DNA of 64,000 bases from Catajapyx aquilonaris. Lineage: Eukaryota. The stretch is taken from NCBI GenBank assembly GCA_000934665.2, contig KZ538340.1, positions 1 to 64,000 on the forward strand, read 5' to 3'. The notes under the pieces were generated by a model. That model was given only the letters and a program-made list of their open reading frames with translations, was not told where the DNA came from and ran no database searches. The position numbers were made by a program, and so were the translations under genes. Shown piece after piece: positions 24,586-34,646 of the stretch. Every line of letters begins with the position of its first letter. The stretch's first letter is position 1.

Positions 24586-25738
24586 CCAGGGTAGTGCTTG
24601 ACCTCATCTGAGGTATGCAGCACGGACCTTTATTTATTATATCAAGTACATTTGAGCCTTTTTACGTAGCGCCCAGGCCCACGGGCAGGATGACAGGAGG
24701 GGATGTGCAAGGTGCAGTGAAATGTCTTATCCGTGGCCATTTTTAGTGAACTCCCCCGGGTGGCTTAGTCATAAAACAGACAGTAGGCCAGAAGACTTTC
24801 GCTCCCTCCACAGTTACATCCGAATGCAGCAACTGGGCATTTCCACACAAACACAGACATACTGTCCGTTCGTAACGCAGGTTTTGCAGACATGTACTAG
24901 CATATTTTATTGTAACAATACACACACATTGCGTGAAATGGATTAAGCATGCAGTGCATGCATCCTGTCATTGTTATAATAAAATACAGTTGTGCACGTA
25001 GGCAAAACTTGTGTTACGAACGGACGGATCCATCATGGAAATGCCCAACTACAATTAATGTCCTTTAATGTTTTACATGCCAATCATAACACACTTAATA
25101 AAACATATTTTTGTTAGAGAAAATAGTCAACACCTCAATCGCTTCCTGCAATAATTTTGTCATATTGACCATTATGCGCCCATAACACACATTCAACAAT
25201 GCACATATTCCTGTGAACCCATTAGGTATGTGACACATTAAATGCATTGTAACAGGAATAAATCTACATTCACTTTTCTGGCAATGTGCACTACCAATAC
25301 ACAGACTGGCTTCTCCTAGTGCTAATGTCAGACCCATATGTGGTATTCCAATAATAACACAACTCCGCATTGCAGGAAGCATGGTTTTCCACACTAGCCA
25401 CCTCCAATAGACAAATTAATAACTTTCAGGCCTTTAAAAAAATCCTTAACCAGCAAGGATTAGAGCTAATCCTCGAGCTAATCCCAATCATTACCCACAA
25501 AAATCACCTGGCAGTAATATATCTTTTAAGCCTCTCAAAATGTGACATACTACTCTCAAACAACGCTATACCTTGCACACATTATTTAAAAAAAATTTAA
25601 CCCGCTTGTCCACCACAAAAGATTCCGCTTACCATGAAAATGAAGCAATAGGGCCGGAAGTATGAGCAGGATCGGCGTAGAAGCCTGTCTGGGGCGTCTA
25701 TGGGAACCTCCGTCAACTCTGCAATATTCTGATGCCAT
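5153..25738 (-). CDS. PTPRR: Receptor-type KIM-domain protein tyrosine phosphatase (PTPRR/PTPN5/PTPN7 family; PTP-ER-like), whole gene, 7 coding exons, 605 aa
   Basis: complement(join(5153..5246,8813..9090,9594..9905,9995..10268,14730..14935,21919..22466,25633..25738)); 1818 nt, all introns GT-AG with matching phases (1,0,2,0,0,2). Motifs: hydrophobic N-terminus, TM helix, KIM GLLERRGSNASLKIDL, KNRY, YINANYI, ATQGP, DFWRMV, WPDHKTP, VHCSAGIGRTG, QTGEQY. Confidence 0.92.
5490..5772 (-). mobile_element. tRNA-derived SINE with V-domain-like core (degenerate)
   Basis: A box GGTGGTGTAGTGAT, B box GTTCAATCCC, then GTGGGTTTTCTTGGGGTTTTTCCTTTTCCTCTCACAGTC. Confidence 0.65.
5882..6793 (-). mobile_element. 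Internally deleted mariner element (~910 bp)
   Basis: Perfect TIR TA-CGAGGGGCGTTCTGAAAGTTCGCGACTTTT at both ends; ORF 6222-6614 QRSVIKYL...SIEDDPHSGRP...WVPLSL (HTH region and WVPHEL-like motif); catalytic region deleted. Confidence 0.93.
7087..8000. mobile_element. Tc1/mariner-superfamily foldback MITE (TACAGGGT terminus) with nested hAT MITE
   Basis: Long inverted arms 7087-~7290 and ~7820-8000; same family as 12064-12626 in opposite orientation. Confidence 0.75.
7333..7573. mobile_element. hAT (Charlie/Buster-like) MITE
   Basis: TIR CAGTGGTTCCCAACC; 8-bp TSD CCTTAGGT/CCTTGGGT. Confidence 0.9.
8055..8638. mobile_element. PIF/Harbinger-like MITE
   Basis: TIR AGGTGCATTCACATATCCGCGAT / ATCGCAGATATGTGAATGTACCT; TAA TSD; CpG-rich interior. 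Confidence 0.8.
8813..9090 (-). CDS. PTPRR: KIM-PTP exon 6 (WPD loop and active-site P-loop)
   Basis: HFWFTSWPDHKTP...VVHCSAGIGRTGCFIA...MRYDR; TTTTACAG acceptor, AG|GTACAG donor. Confidence 0.96.
9215..9476 (-). mobile_element. tRNA-derived SINE in PTP intron 5
   Basis: Head GGTGGAGTGGCGCTGCGGTAAC (A box)...GGGTTCTATCCC (B box); body shares GTGAACTYCCCGGGTGGNTTAGTC with ~24746-24770. Confidence 0.7.
9594..9905 (-). CDS. PTPRR: KIM-PTP exon 5
   Basis: GYDGEDKVYVATQGPLPHTVNDFWRMV...IVMIT...KCEPYVP...RQLEVK; weak TTAAAG acceptor, AAG|GTGAGT donor. Confidence 0.93.
9995..10268 (-). CDS. PTPRR: KIM-PTP exon 4 (start of catalytic domain)
   Basis: Absent from the ORF track. Reads TAEEYLLSAGNRLSRRQL...EFWDIP...KNRYRTILPNDHSRVVL...YINANYIR; ATTTCAG acceptor, AGG|GTAAGC donor. 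Confidence 0.95.
12064..12626. mobile_element. Tc1/mariner-superfamily foldback MITE, truncated second copy
   Basis: TACAGGGTGATCGAAAAAGAATG terminus; carries transposase C-terminal remnants in both orientations (ITPDMIEQVWHE on minus; PRSPDLTPIDFF-like and HLQHLREKI on plus). Confidence 0.8.
12626..14473. mobile_element. Long-TIR non-autonomous DNA element (~230-bp arms)
   Basis: 12626-12855 is the reverse complement of 14239-14473; TSD not resolved. Confidence 0.75.
13098..14238. mobile_element. Harbinger-like non-autonomous element nested in the long-TIR element
   Basis: TIR GCCGTATTCAGAGTC at both ends; TAT (or TA) duplication; repeated CACTA/TAGTG subterminal motifs. Confidence 0.7.
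14730..14935 (-). CDS. PTPRR: KIM-PTP exon 3 (kinase interaction motif)
   Basis: TTTTCCCAG acceptor, TG|GTATGT donor; GLLERRGSNASLKIDL...VSVPTPPRE. Confidence 0.93.
15154..15353. mobile_element. CAGGGG-terminal MITE with 6-bp TSD, copy 1
   Basis: CCATAG|CAGGGGTCGAA...TTTGACCCCCTG|CCATAG. Confidence 0.8.
15542..15706. mobile_element. CAGGGG-terminal MITE with 6-bp TSD, copy 2 (inverted)
   Basis: GCATGA|GAGGGGTAGAA...TTCGACCCCTG|GCATGA; shares TTTGCACTCCA motifs with copy 1 and a decayed copy at ~18565-18785. Confidence 0.75.
15769..17881. mobile_element. piggyBac-like foldback element with ~560-bp arms and two nested insertions
   Basis: TTAA|CCCTTTGTCTCC...GGAGACAGATGG|CTAA; left arm segments 15769-15995, ~16290-16375 and ~16760-17000 pair with 17320-17881. 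Confidence 0.75.
16378..16736. mobile_element. TTAA-targeting MITE nested in the foldback element
   Basis: TTAA|CTCTAATTAGACAGGCG...CGCCCGTCTTATAAGTG|TTAA. Confidence 0.7.
18850..19550 (+). mobile_element. 3' end of a non-LTR retrotransposon (LINE)
   Basis: C-terminal zinc knuckle CSLCNIKEECTIHHMLYICP, then 3' UTR, AATAAA and a (TAT)n tail. Confidence 0.75.
20157..20462. repeat. Near-perfect inverted duplication (~143-bp arms, ~22-bp spacer)
   Basis: 20157-20300 is the reverse complement of 20323-20462 with few differences. Confidence 0.92.
20944..21113 (+). mobile_element. 5'-truncated SINE with V-domain-like core
   Basis: GTTCTCTCCGTGTTCGCGTGGGTTTTCTCGGGGTTCTCCCGTTTCCTCCCAC; flanked by a 16-bp direct repeat AACTTGTGACCGGAGT (20928-20943, 21114-21129). 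Confidence 0.8.
21173..21550. repeat. Palindromic MITE-like element (~180-bp arms)
   Basis: CTATTGCTCTACGATGCCTGGTTAGGGCTC...GAGCCCTAACCAGGCATCATAGAGCAATAG; short spacer near 21355. Confidence 0.9.
21919..22466 (-). CDS. PTPRR: KIM-PTP exon 2 (short ectodomain + transmembrane helix)
   Basis: TTTTTCAG acceptor, CAG|GTTAGT donor; encodes LPFMVACLLVLTLLAALLILACW followed by the basic LRRH stop-transfer segment. Confidence 0.85.
23827..24101. mobile_element. CAGCCCC-terminal hAT-like MITE, copy 1
   Basis: Perfect 8-bp TSD GGCAAGAC; subterminal inverted TTTAATATAAAAGTCTC. Confidence 0.88.
24191..24530. mobile_element. TA-flanked palindromic MITE
   Basis: TA|CTGTTCGTTTTATTC...GAATAAAACAGACAG|TA; ~100-bp diverged arms. 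Confidence 0.7.
24531..24585. repeat. (TAA)n microsatellite
   Basis: Direct reading. Confidence 0.95.
24834..25048. mobile_element. Palindromic MITE (GGGCATTTCCA termini)
   Basis: Arms include TCCGTTCGTAAC / GTTACGAACGGA. Confidence 0.65.
25633..25738 (-). CDS. PTPRR: KIM-PTP exon 1 (start codon, signal-peptide-like segment)
   Basis: GGAATGG start; MASEYCRVDGGSHRRPRQASTPILLILPALLLHFH; donor G|GTAAGC in phase 1, matching the exon 2 acceptor. Confidence 0.75.
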
Positions 25739-25880
25739 TCCCGTCCACTGCCGTAGTCCTCCCTGGCCACCTAGATCTCCGACCAGGGGATCTTTCCCAG
25801 CCAAAATCGGCCACGGCCTTCACAACAACCGAGGCCACACCATCGACACCCGAAGAAACGACATGTTTGATCCGGGGAAC

Positions 25881-25970
25881 ACCACGTGACGGAAACGTCA
25901 CTCCTATTGGCTGGTTCAGGGCACATACTTGAACCTTGACTTTCTATTGGATGAGCTCATATATGGCGGA
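25881..25970 (-). promoter_or_regulatory. Probable TATA-less promoter of the KIM-PTP gene
   Basis: 150-230 bp upstream of the ATG: E-box CACGTG (25883), CRE half-site ACGTCA, two CCAAT boxes (ATTGG at 25906 and 25946), ATGGCG (YY1-like); locally CpG-rich. Confidence 0.5.
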
Positions 25971-26773
25971 CATTAATCCTACCTAATTTGGCTTCAGTTT
26001 TGTTAAACGTTTATTAAATTGAGTTATTTTTATATTTATTATTATAAATTGTAAAATGATGGAATTTGGGGGTGTACATGAGGGATGTGTACATTTTAGG
26101 GATTATCCGATGTAGCAGCGCCACGTGCGGCCTTGTGAGAAGTTGGGTTTCAAAAGATGGGCATTTGGGTTTCTTTTCGGTGCTTTTCGGCATATGGTCA
26201 AGTCGTGCTTAATATGAATAAACAAATGCTACGTCACTTCATTTTTGGGGAAAAGGGTCCGCGAGAAACTTCTGGCGGCATGTACGATGATTTTGTAGTC
26301 ACTATAGATATGATGCACTTGACACTGTGTTGTTAATTAAACCACATTTTTGGTCTGTATTTTACGCTTAGGCAGAGTGTTGTGGAAATCTTTAACAGCT
26401 CATAAAGCTCGCGGTAAATTATTGCCAGAAGTCCGAAGTGTATGGAGTGATCGAAATTTGAATTAAGGGAGTTTTTTAACAAATTACTGTATACTTTACA
26501 TTGTGTCCATAAACAATACGCAATACCACAATTTTCTTCCACTTATAAGTGGTTGGGTTATAGAGATGTCTCATTGCATTTTGCTCTTGTGCTGCAAAGA
26601 TACAAATGAGATAAGAAATGAAATTTTGAACTTTATGCATTTAAAATTGGCAAATTCTTCCTGCTTTCCGGGCTGCTTTCCTCAGCAATACTGGTCATAT
26701 AATCATCCGGTACGTCGTACGTAAAGCAAGAACGTTAATCACATATTGACTAGTCCCTTTTCATGTTAGAATA

Positions 26774-27165
26774 TAGTGGTTTCCAACCTTTTTTTTTGGG
26801 GGGGGGGGGGGGGGGGGGNNNNNNNNNNNNNNNNNNNNNNNNNNNNNNNNNNNNNNNNNNNNNNNNNNNNNNNNNNNNNNNNNNNNNNNNNNNNNNNNNN
26901 NNNNNNNNNNNNNNNNNNNNNNNNNNNNNNNNNNNNNNNNNNNNNNNNNNNNNNNNNNNNNNNNNNNNNNNNNNNNNNNNNNNNNNNNCCCCCCCCTCCG
27001 AGTGTTAGGTGTTGAAATAACCTTCGTGGTGAAATTTCCTACAAGATTATTTTTATTTACGAGATCTTATTTTTTATTATATAAAAATAACCGCAGCCAC
27101 GTGCGACACCCGGAAAAGCTTCGCGACCCACTTGGGGGTCACGACCCACAGGTTGGGAACCACTG
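26774..27165. mobile_element. hAT (Charlie/Buster-like) MITE spanning an assembly gap
   Basis: YAGTGGTTYCCAACC TIR; perfect 8-bp TSD TTAGAATA; same family as 7333-7573. Confidence 0.88.
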
Positions 27166-27899
27166 TTAGAATAACCACGTGTATTAGCAAATTTGAATTT
27201 GTGAATTATAGGCATTTGAAAATTTTGGTTCTGTCGGCCATCTATTCTCTTGCAAAAAAAAAAAAAACAAACCGGCTGTAACAAAGTGAAGCGACACTAT
27301 TAAATAGTTATGAAAAATCTAATTTACACGCAGAGAAGTGAATTACAGTATTACAGCAGGGTGCCATAATGTCACTGTGGCATTTCTCCCCCTCGTTTGA
27401 AGTGGTATACATGTCTGAAACCTCTTGCGCAAAATAATGCCACCAAATTTGAAACACAGCTTCATGAGGTAATGTAATTCGAATGCACACATACTGACCT
27501 AATATGGTCGGCTTTTTTTTAAAAAAATGCCAATATTCTATTTTTGGTTTCAAACACATATTGCAGGATTTAATATGTCGTTACAGTATAATTATGTTAC
27601 CAATATTCTGATTACATGTTACAGTGAACTATACAGCTCCATGCCTTTTAACAAAAGATGAGCTATAATGTGACTAATTACACCCTGAAGGCATAGTGGA
27701 AGTGGCCCAAACATGGCGCCTAATCCATCTATATCTGGCAGCGCCATCATAATAGCAGTGTGACACAGTAGAACTAGGTGAAGCTACACTGATACAGGCT
27801 AGGTGGCCTAGTGGCCAATCCTACTGCGCCCTCGTACATGTCTACAAGACACTACTTGTCAACCAGTGTCAACCTCTCACCATCTCACACGCACGGAAT

Positions 27900-28330
27900 A
27901 CAGTGATAATTTTCAACAATTCGTCATTAAAAACCTCCTCAAATGCTACTAATCAACAACAGCCCTTATTGATGGCTACTAATAGTTTTCTCCCCACTAG
28001 TGAATATATGCTTCCGCTATTCCATGTCGCCGTCTGGCGGCCCCCGATTCAACCGCTCATATCTGTCGATTTCACCAAGCCTTCTGCTACTCTTTTTAAT
28101 CGCCGCCAGTTTGAGTCCCCCTTTAGACCAGTCTTTTAGAGAGAAATCTATTCTGAGTGCCGTGATTTAGTAAGTCATTGAAAGTGTGAGTGCTTTCGGG
28201 CCAAAAGTTGCCTTTTGATCCACATATTCTAAGCATTCCATAGAGCAGGGCGTTTCCCTACCCGTATTATATTGCACCGGGATTTTTAAACCCAAGTATT
28301 TTATCACTTCATACAGATTGATACAGATCA
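27900..28330 (-). mobile_element. Decayed LINE RT remnant
   Basis: EVIKYLGLKI resembles the RT thumb KYLG motif; otherwise degenerate. Confidence 0.4.
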
Positions 28331-31300
28331 TATCTTGAAACTTTCGCGGCTTGTGTGAATGAGACATATTCTGTCCAGGATGGTTCAGACTTTGCTCCAG
28401 TGGGCTAAGGGTGCGTCTGCCCCCGGTCCTGCCCCTGCTGCTTTGACCCCAGCTGCTCAGGGTGTTGAAGATGCCGTCTTGTGGTCGCAAGTTGTCAGGG
28501 GTACTACGGATAAGGTATGGATTGACGTGATTGTAATATAGGGAATCGGATATAGAGTCATTTGATGCACCTGCGTGCTTCCATGCCTAATACGGTATTA
28601 TAGATAATCGTATTCGGTGGTCCATGTGGAGCGTACATTGTATTTTTTGGCATAGATAATCATAGCATTTCGTAGTTTAATACCGTCTATTCTGGTGCCT
28701 GCGGTGTATATGACGTGTAAGTTACGCGCTTTTGTAAATTCCAAAGTATGGAGAAGTACTGCACTGTACTGACAGGATGAAGTACAGACATCCCTATCAG
28801 GGGGGAAAAACCAGTAATTTTTATGAGCAGGAAGTAGATTAAGATTACTGCTTAAGAATGACCGTTGATAACACTGAATAATGTGTCCATGATGTCATAC
28901 CAGACAAATGTTACGGTTAGGACGTCAAGTAGTGCCATTTGTCCTATGAGTTTGTGAAGCCTATATTGTGCTCTTATCATCGTACAGGATATAATTCATA
29001 GTATATAGCCAGTTGTTTACTGGAGTTACCGTGCCTGATGTAAACATATGCCTCGTGAACAGCATTACCCAAATCCTCCGAGCGTTAGGCCTATCTGCCA
29101 GTAATTAGGACAACTTTATGTTCATATTTTGTCACCTCTCTGTAATAACGCAATAGTGAATCATAAACATAAATAATAAAGAACAAAAAACAAGATAAAA
29201 CGTCGTGTATAGATTTGGCTTTATATGAAGTAATGTTTTTCGTCATTGAACCAAAACCTTTAAACTTCAGTTATCTACTTGGAATTTGCACTTTGTGCTT
29301 GTTTGCCGATATTAGCCTCCCAAATAATATATGCTTAAAATATTAGTTGACACTTGCGCAGTGATACACAAACCTATACACTTTTGTACACCACAATTCA
29401 CAAGGACGCGAACCAAATGCGGAAAAAACTGCCCCAGACTCCGATCATATGTCATGGAACCAAGATATGTCCAAATCCGTGGAATGAATGTAAGCAACGT
29501 AATGAAAATATGTCAGCATGTGTTGATTCCGGAAAGGAAGCTCCATATCGCACTGGGGCATGTTGCCAACGATAGGAAGTTGACTACAACCCAACTGTCA
29601 CAGTTGGCATAGCCTGGACGGCTATATGCTTCATACAATGCCACAAATCAGAAGTATGAGGTGCTGCAAAAATCCAGACCTTGATGCTATAGTAGGTTAT
29701 GGATATTTGAAGGTCATAAAACCGCATGACTACAAGCTTAGTCAAGTGGTTCTGTAAAATATGTTGAGTATCATGTATGTGAGCAACCAGAAGCTGCGTT
29801 ATTAATACCAGGATATGTGATGTAAGGTTGTTTATAAGACTAGTTCTGTGAAATACTAGCTTCTGAACTCTTAGTACTGGTACAGTACAATTAGTCCGTA
29901 GTCCGTACCTTAACAAGAAGAATCTATTAATATCGGCCATTGCGTTGTATCGATTATAGCGTGGGCTTTCCACCCACTCTTCGCCTTAGGTGGAATAACA
30001 GGCCATGAAATCTTGGGCGGGTTTAGATGGATGACCTGATCACGGCATCTTGGCATCTTATGATGCTGGAGGAAATTTAATCAAAAGCCGGTGTCTGACC
30101 CTTTGTAAGGGGGGGGGAAAATGTGCATGGTATGCTGCGAGTGAGAAAACGTGTTTCAGTTCATGTTCTCATCAATATGCAAGAGAATAAAAGTGGCCTT
30201 CTACACAGGTGGTAGTGCACGTAGGCCATTGGTATACAGATGATCTGGTGTGGTTGGGAGTTGGGTGTGACGCAAGTTGGTTGTCTGTGGGGGTGGTTCG
30301 AGGTTGAATCCTTGCTAAAATGGTACGGATATATACACATACAAGTGACATGAGGGGAAAGAATCAATGAATGAGGAATCTCGTTATTGCCAAAACTTGC
30401 CCCATCCAAGCATGTTTTGTATGAAAATAATGACACGTTTTGTCGCTAGTAAATCGTAATGTCCATCTGATAATACCATTTCATTATTTTGATTTTTCAT
30501 ATTGTACTAAATTATAGTATTTAAATAACTGTTTCTTTGACAGCTCTTAGCTAAAAAAATGCTATATGCACTTCCGTCTACGGTTTACCAGTATATTAGG
30601 GTTCATATCGCATCCTAACAATTTCTGCAACACTTTGCAAATTTATAATTGAATATAAAATGCCCGCGTTTGCAAAATGTATGTAGCTTGCACGAGAAAA
30701 AAATATGGTCAGATATTGCTATGCCAATTTTAGCTCAAGTATAATGCAGGCTTGTTATTTTTGGAACAGGAAAATCGTGGTATTTCCGTGCCGGATTACC
30801 TCGAAAACACTGAAAAACGTCACAAAATATTCAGCTGACTAGTTAACGTTCGTGCCAATGAGGCACAAAGCTGATTAGTCAAAGTCGAGGCAGTATTTAC
30901 CCCCCCGGGCGACTAGAAATGATTGTGACAAAGTTTACGTCTCTGCAACTTGAACCGGAATGAATTACTATTTACAGTGCTTATTATGCATAACACCCAA
31001 GCGTATGTTTTGTCTGGACTAGGATACACTGTGCTGTGTGGTGCCACGAGTTGATAACACGTCTCTGTGTATACACAGTGAGTAGAGTTTGAAAACAAAC
31101 TCATTTTTTTTTTTAACTACTGGTAAAGTCCAACGACCGAGAAGTAGTGCTTCACACTATTGCTTTTGCCAATGGACTTGTTTGAAAGCAGCACCTTTTC
31201 AGCAAGGTAGCAATCATGCGATAAAGAACCCATCGCCCAGCAATGTTGACATCCAAACACCGACACACTTCGAGCCCAATAATCATCAGATATGCTATCA

Positions 31301-34300
31301 GGTGCCATAATCACACGATTACATGATTTTAAAAAAGTCTGCAATATTACGTCACATGTGACCTAATCATCCTGAAATGCAGGTACGCATCACACCCACC
31401 AATTACGGTAGTCATCATTAGTATAAAACAATACGCATGTTGATACACAGGTATGGTTTTACGTAAGTATACGTGTGACGACGTGGAAAATGTGGCGATT
31501 TTTTTTTTTACTGCCAGTTATAGGGGGAGGTAGACTGGTGGTTACTGCGCGCTTGCGTGTTTGTACTGATCCACCAGTAGGCAACTAGAGGTGATCGATA
31601 GAAACAGCCACGAGGGAAAAGGTGGTGTTGGTTGGTAGGGTATGGTAGTGGCGCCCCCCGTACCCCCCCCCCCCCCCCCCCNNNNNNNNNNNNNNNNNNN
31701 NNNNNNNNNNNNNNNNNNNNNNNNNNNNNNNNNNNNNNNNNNNNNNNNNNNNNNNNNNNNNNNNNNNNNNNNNNNNNNNNNNNNNNNNNNNNNNNNNNNN
31801 NNNNNNNNNNNNNNNNNNNNNNNNNNNNNNNNNNNNNNNNNNNNNNNNNNNNNNNNNNNNNNNNNNNNNNNNNNNNNNNNNNNNNNNNNNNNNNNNNNNN
31901 NNNNNNGTTCCCCCCCCCCCCCCCACAAATATTTATCCAATTCGTGTCAACAGCGTTTATGCAGCTGTGCATCCTCCGAAAGTATATACTCGGAATATAA
32001 TGCCAAAATATTGCCAACAAAAAAAAGCACCTGAAACACCTGCTTTGGCCTTGGAGTGCGGATGCAAATTGCATGCGCTAACAGTACAGTACGTCTGCGC
32101 TGTTATTGTGAACTATTATTTGCAGCAGATAATGCAGCTGCAGATGTTGTTTTTTTTACTTGATCTTTGCGGCTCCTGTCAGATATTGGCTAATCTAATC
32201 TAGGTCTAGTGGATGTACTCCTTCTCAAGAGCAATGTGACGTACGGTATGCCGAAATGTCAATTTTGTACACACTTGTAAATGAACACATCGTGGTCATT
32301 TGCTTTCATGTAAGCATACTTAGGCGGATATTGCCGAAATCAGCTGAAAGCCGCGATAAAATTAACATTTCACCAGAATTAGTGCAATGTTGTCATGGGA
32401 ACATTACTAACACCGGTGCTCATATGAGTCATTTAAGCTTGCGTAACGTTTGAGTAACGACTTTCAGAGAGTTTTCGACCTCAACTCGAACGTTAACTTA
32501 TCATCTCGACTCGCAATTGGCTTAAAGCTCTCATTAGCCAACTTATACGTTAACATTAGCGGAGGTCAGAAACTCTCAAGTCTCCATTACTTTATTTCGA
32601 AAACATGCGGATCCGAAGTTTCATTTCGTTATCGTCTCATTAAAAAAGCGGCTAACGAGAATCAAGTCACGTCCTGGTGCTATCGTCCTTTTATCGACGT
32701 AAGAAATGGAGCGTAGAATACATTTCCCTCCTTTGGACTTTGGCGGACTTTGACTACCAGCTATATCTACAAATTTTTTCCTCCCTCCTTCATCCGTCCT
32801 CCTACCGTACCAGATCCGCCTATAAAAAGACCGAAAAAAATGCACCCGCACATCCCTATACATAAACATTCCTCAAGGTCTGCACTCTCCACAATTCCAC
32901 ATGTATGCATCCAAAGTTCACGCAGGAATTCTGATCGATCGGATGTCGCCATTTGACGTGACGACGTCATCACATACGTTTTTTTGTGCAGCTACTGTTC
33001 CGCTAACTAGTTGCCGACATGGGTATAATGTCAGCATATTTTATGACGTGAATAGCAGTTCGTCACTAAATGTAACGTGAGTCGAACAATTGAGTTGCTA
33101 TTATCAGTGTTGTTATGTAGCAGGAAGACCTCGGATGAAATGTATGCAAATCAAATGTTGCGTTAAAACAATGCTTTCAAGCAGTGATTAGCTTTTATGA
33201 AGGACAACCCTGCCAAATATGTTTGTGAGTTTATGTGGGTTGAGATGTTGTGTATGGTAGAAGAGAAAGTTATTGATCAGCAGCAATTACGTCGAAGTAA
33301 GGAATGCAGCGTGGAGCCTTGCCAAAGGTGACTGGTCGTTTTTATAAACGCGAAAAACGGTCAGTAGCATTTAGCACAAAAACAGCTATGTCCGTCTCAG
33401 GTTATAATTGCAATGGAAGTTATTGCTTGCTTGGAACACCATTTGATATTACTTGGAAATATTAGAGGTGCCCTGGTTAAGTTATTTTTCATTCGAGTTA
33501 TACCCACATGGTCAATGATAAATGAACGAAAGAGTAGGTTGCAAATGGTAGCAATTGCACTATTGTGGCAAAGGTCGAAGTTACTGGAATTTAGGGCCTT
33601 CTGACTTGTGTAGAAATCATTTGCATATATAGCTTATTTCCAAGAAGTTGAGGTTAAGGCACTCTTCAGCAACATTATCAGGTCATTTCAAAAATAAACT
33701 GTACCGCCAGAATTGCATGGCAACTTGGTTTAAGCCTATGATTAGTTCACCACCTCAGCAATACTGACATTTACATTATTTCTTCATTATTGCTTTACGT
33801 TGGTTGTATATGTATCGAGGTCAGTCTGTTCACTTGACAGACACCTTATCATCAGTTATATTGCATTTTGAAACTGAACTCAAGTGTCACTTGAACAGGA
33901 AAAACCACTGGTACTTGCCCTTTGTAACCCTTGTCCAATGTCCATTACGATACGTGGAAGCTTAGTCATGACATTTGCAATTATTGTGCGAAATCACGTT
34001 CACTTTTTCTATACATTGTCCAATACCGGTAACGTAATAACAATATAAGTGAGCCATGTTTATTAAAGACACACTAATGCTCAAAGTTGACTTCACATGA
34101 GCTCTATATCGACCGTGATCACTTTCGTCTTGTGTTTACACTGTCGGCTTCAGTCATTGTGCACAGTGCATCACACATACAAAGACAAGTATTGAACGAT
34201 ACCCGAGACGGATTTGTCATCACATAAAAGGCATGTCTACACTACCGGTACCTGAGGAGTAGCCTATCATTTTTTTCCCACGAATCATATCAAAGCAACG

Positions 34301-34402
34301 CTTTTCACATACAGTTTAGTAGATTCGTAATTAGCATAGCACAGCTTCTAAACTTGCAATTAGTCATGATTATAACCTTCTAATTGAACGTTATGCCTTC
34401 AG

Positions 34403-34646
34403 CGGTGGTCTTAGCAACTGGCTGTACCTGTGCAGCCTCCCCGCCAGCCATGGCCCCAAGATTGGGGAACCTTCCCAGGTGCTCCTTCGTCTGTACGGGC
34501 AAGTGCACGGAGAAGGTCGCGAAGACACCAGTGGACTCGAGGCTCTCATTACCGAGTCCGTCATCTTCACCCTCCTATCTGAGAGACAGCTGGGTCCCAG
34601 ACTCTACGGGGTATTCCCTGGAGGACGTCTTGAGGAGTACATTCCC
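34403..34646 (+). CDS. CHKB: Choline kinase exon (GGLSN ATP loop to RLEEYIP)
   Basis: CCTTCAG acceptor in phase 2; GGLSNWLYLCSLP...VLLRLYGQ...ESVIFTLLSERQLGPRLYGVFPGGRLEEYIP; CCC|GTGAGT donor. Confidence 0.95.

Noticed and set aside
24342..24623. Poly-Leu / poly-Tyr ORFs
   Set aside because: They arise from the (TAA)n repeat.
28359..28514. MRHILSRMVQ...WSQVVRGTTDK with a GT donor as choline kinase exon 1
   Set aside because: It ends in phase 0 whereas the kinase exon needs phase 2, has no kinase similarity, and abuts a LINE remnant, so it is probably retroelement-derived.
31508..32074. ORFs spanning X residues (also 26763-27015)
   Set aside because: They are open only because of assembly N gaps.
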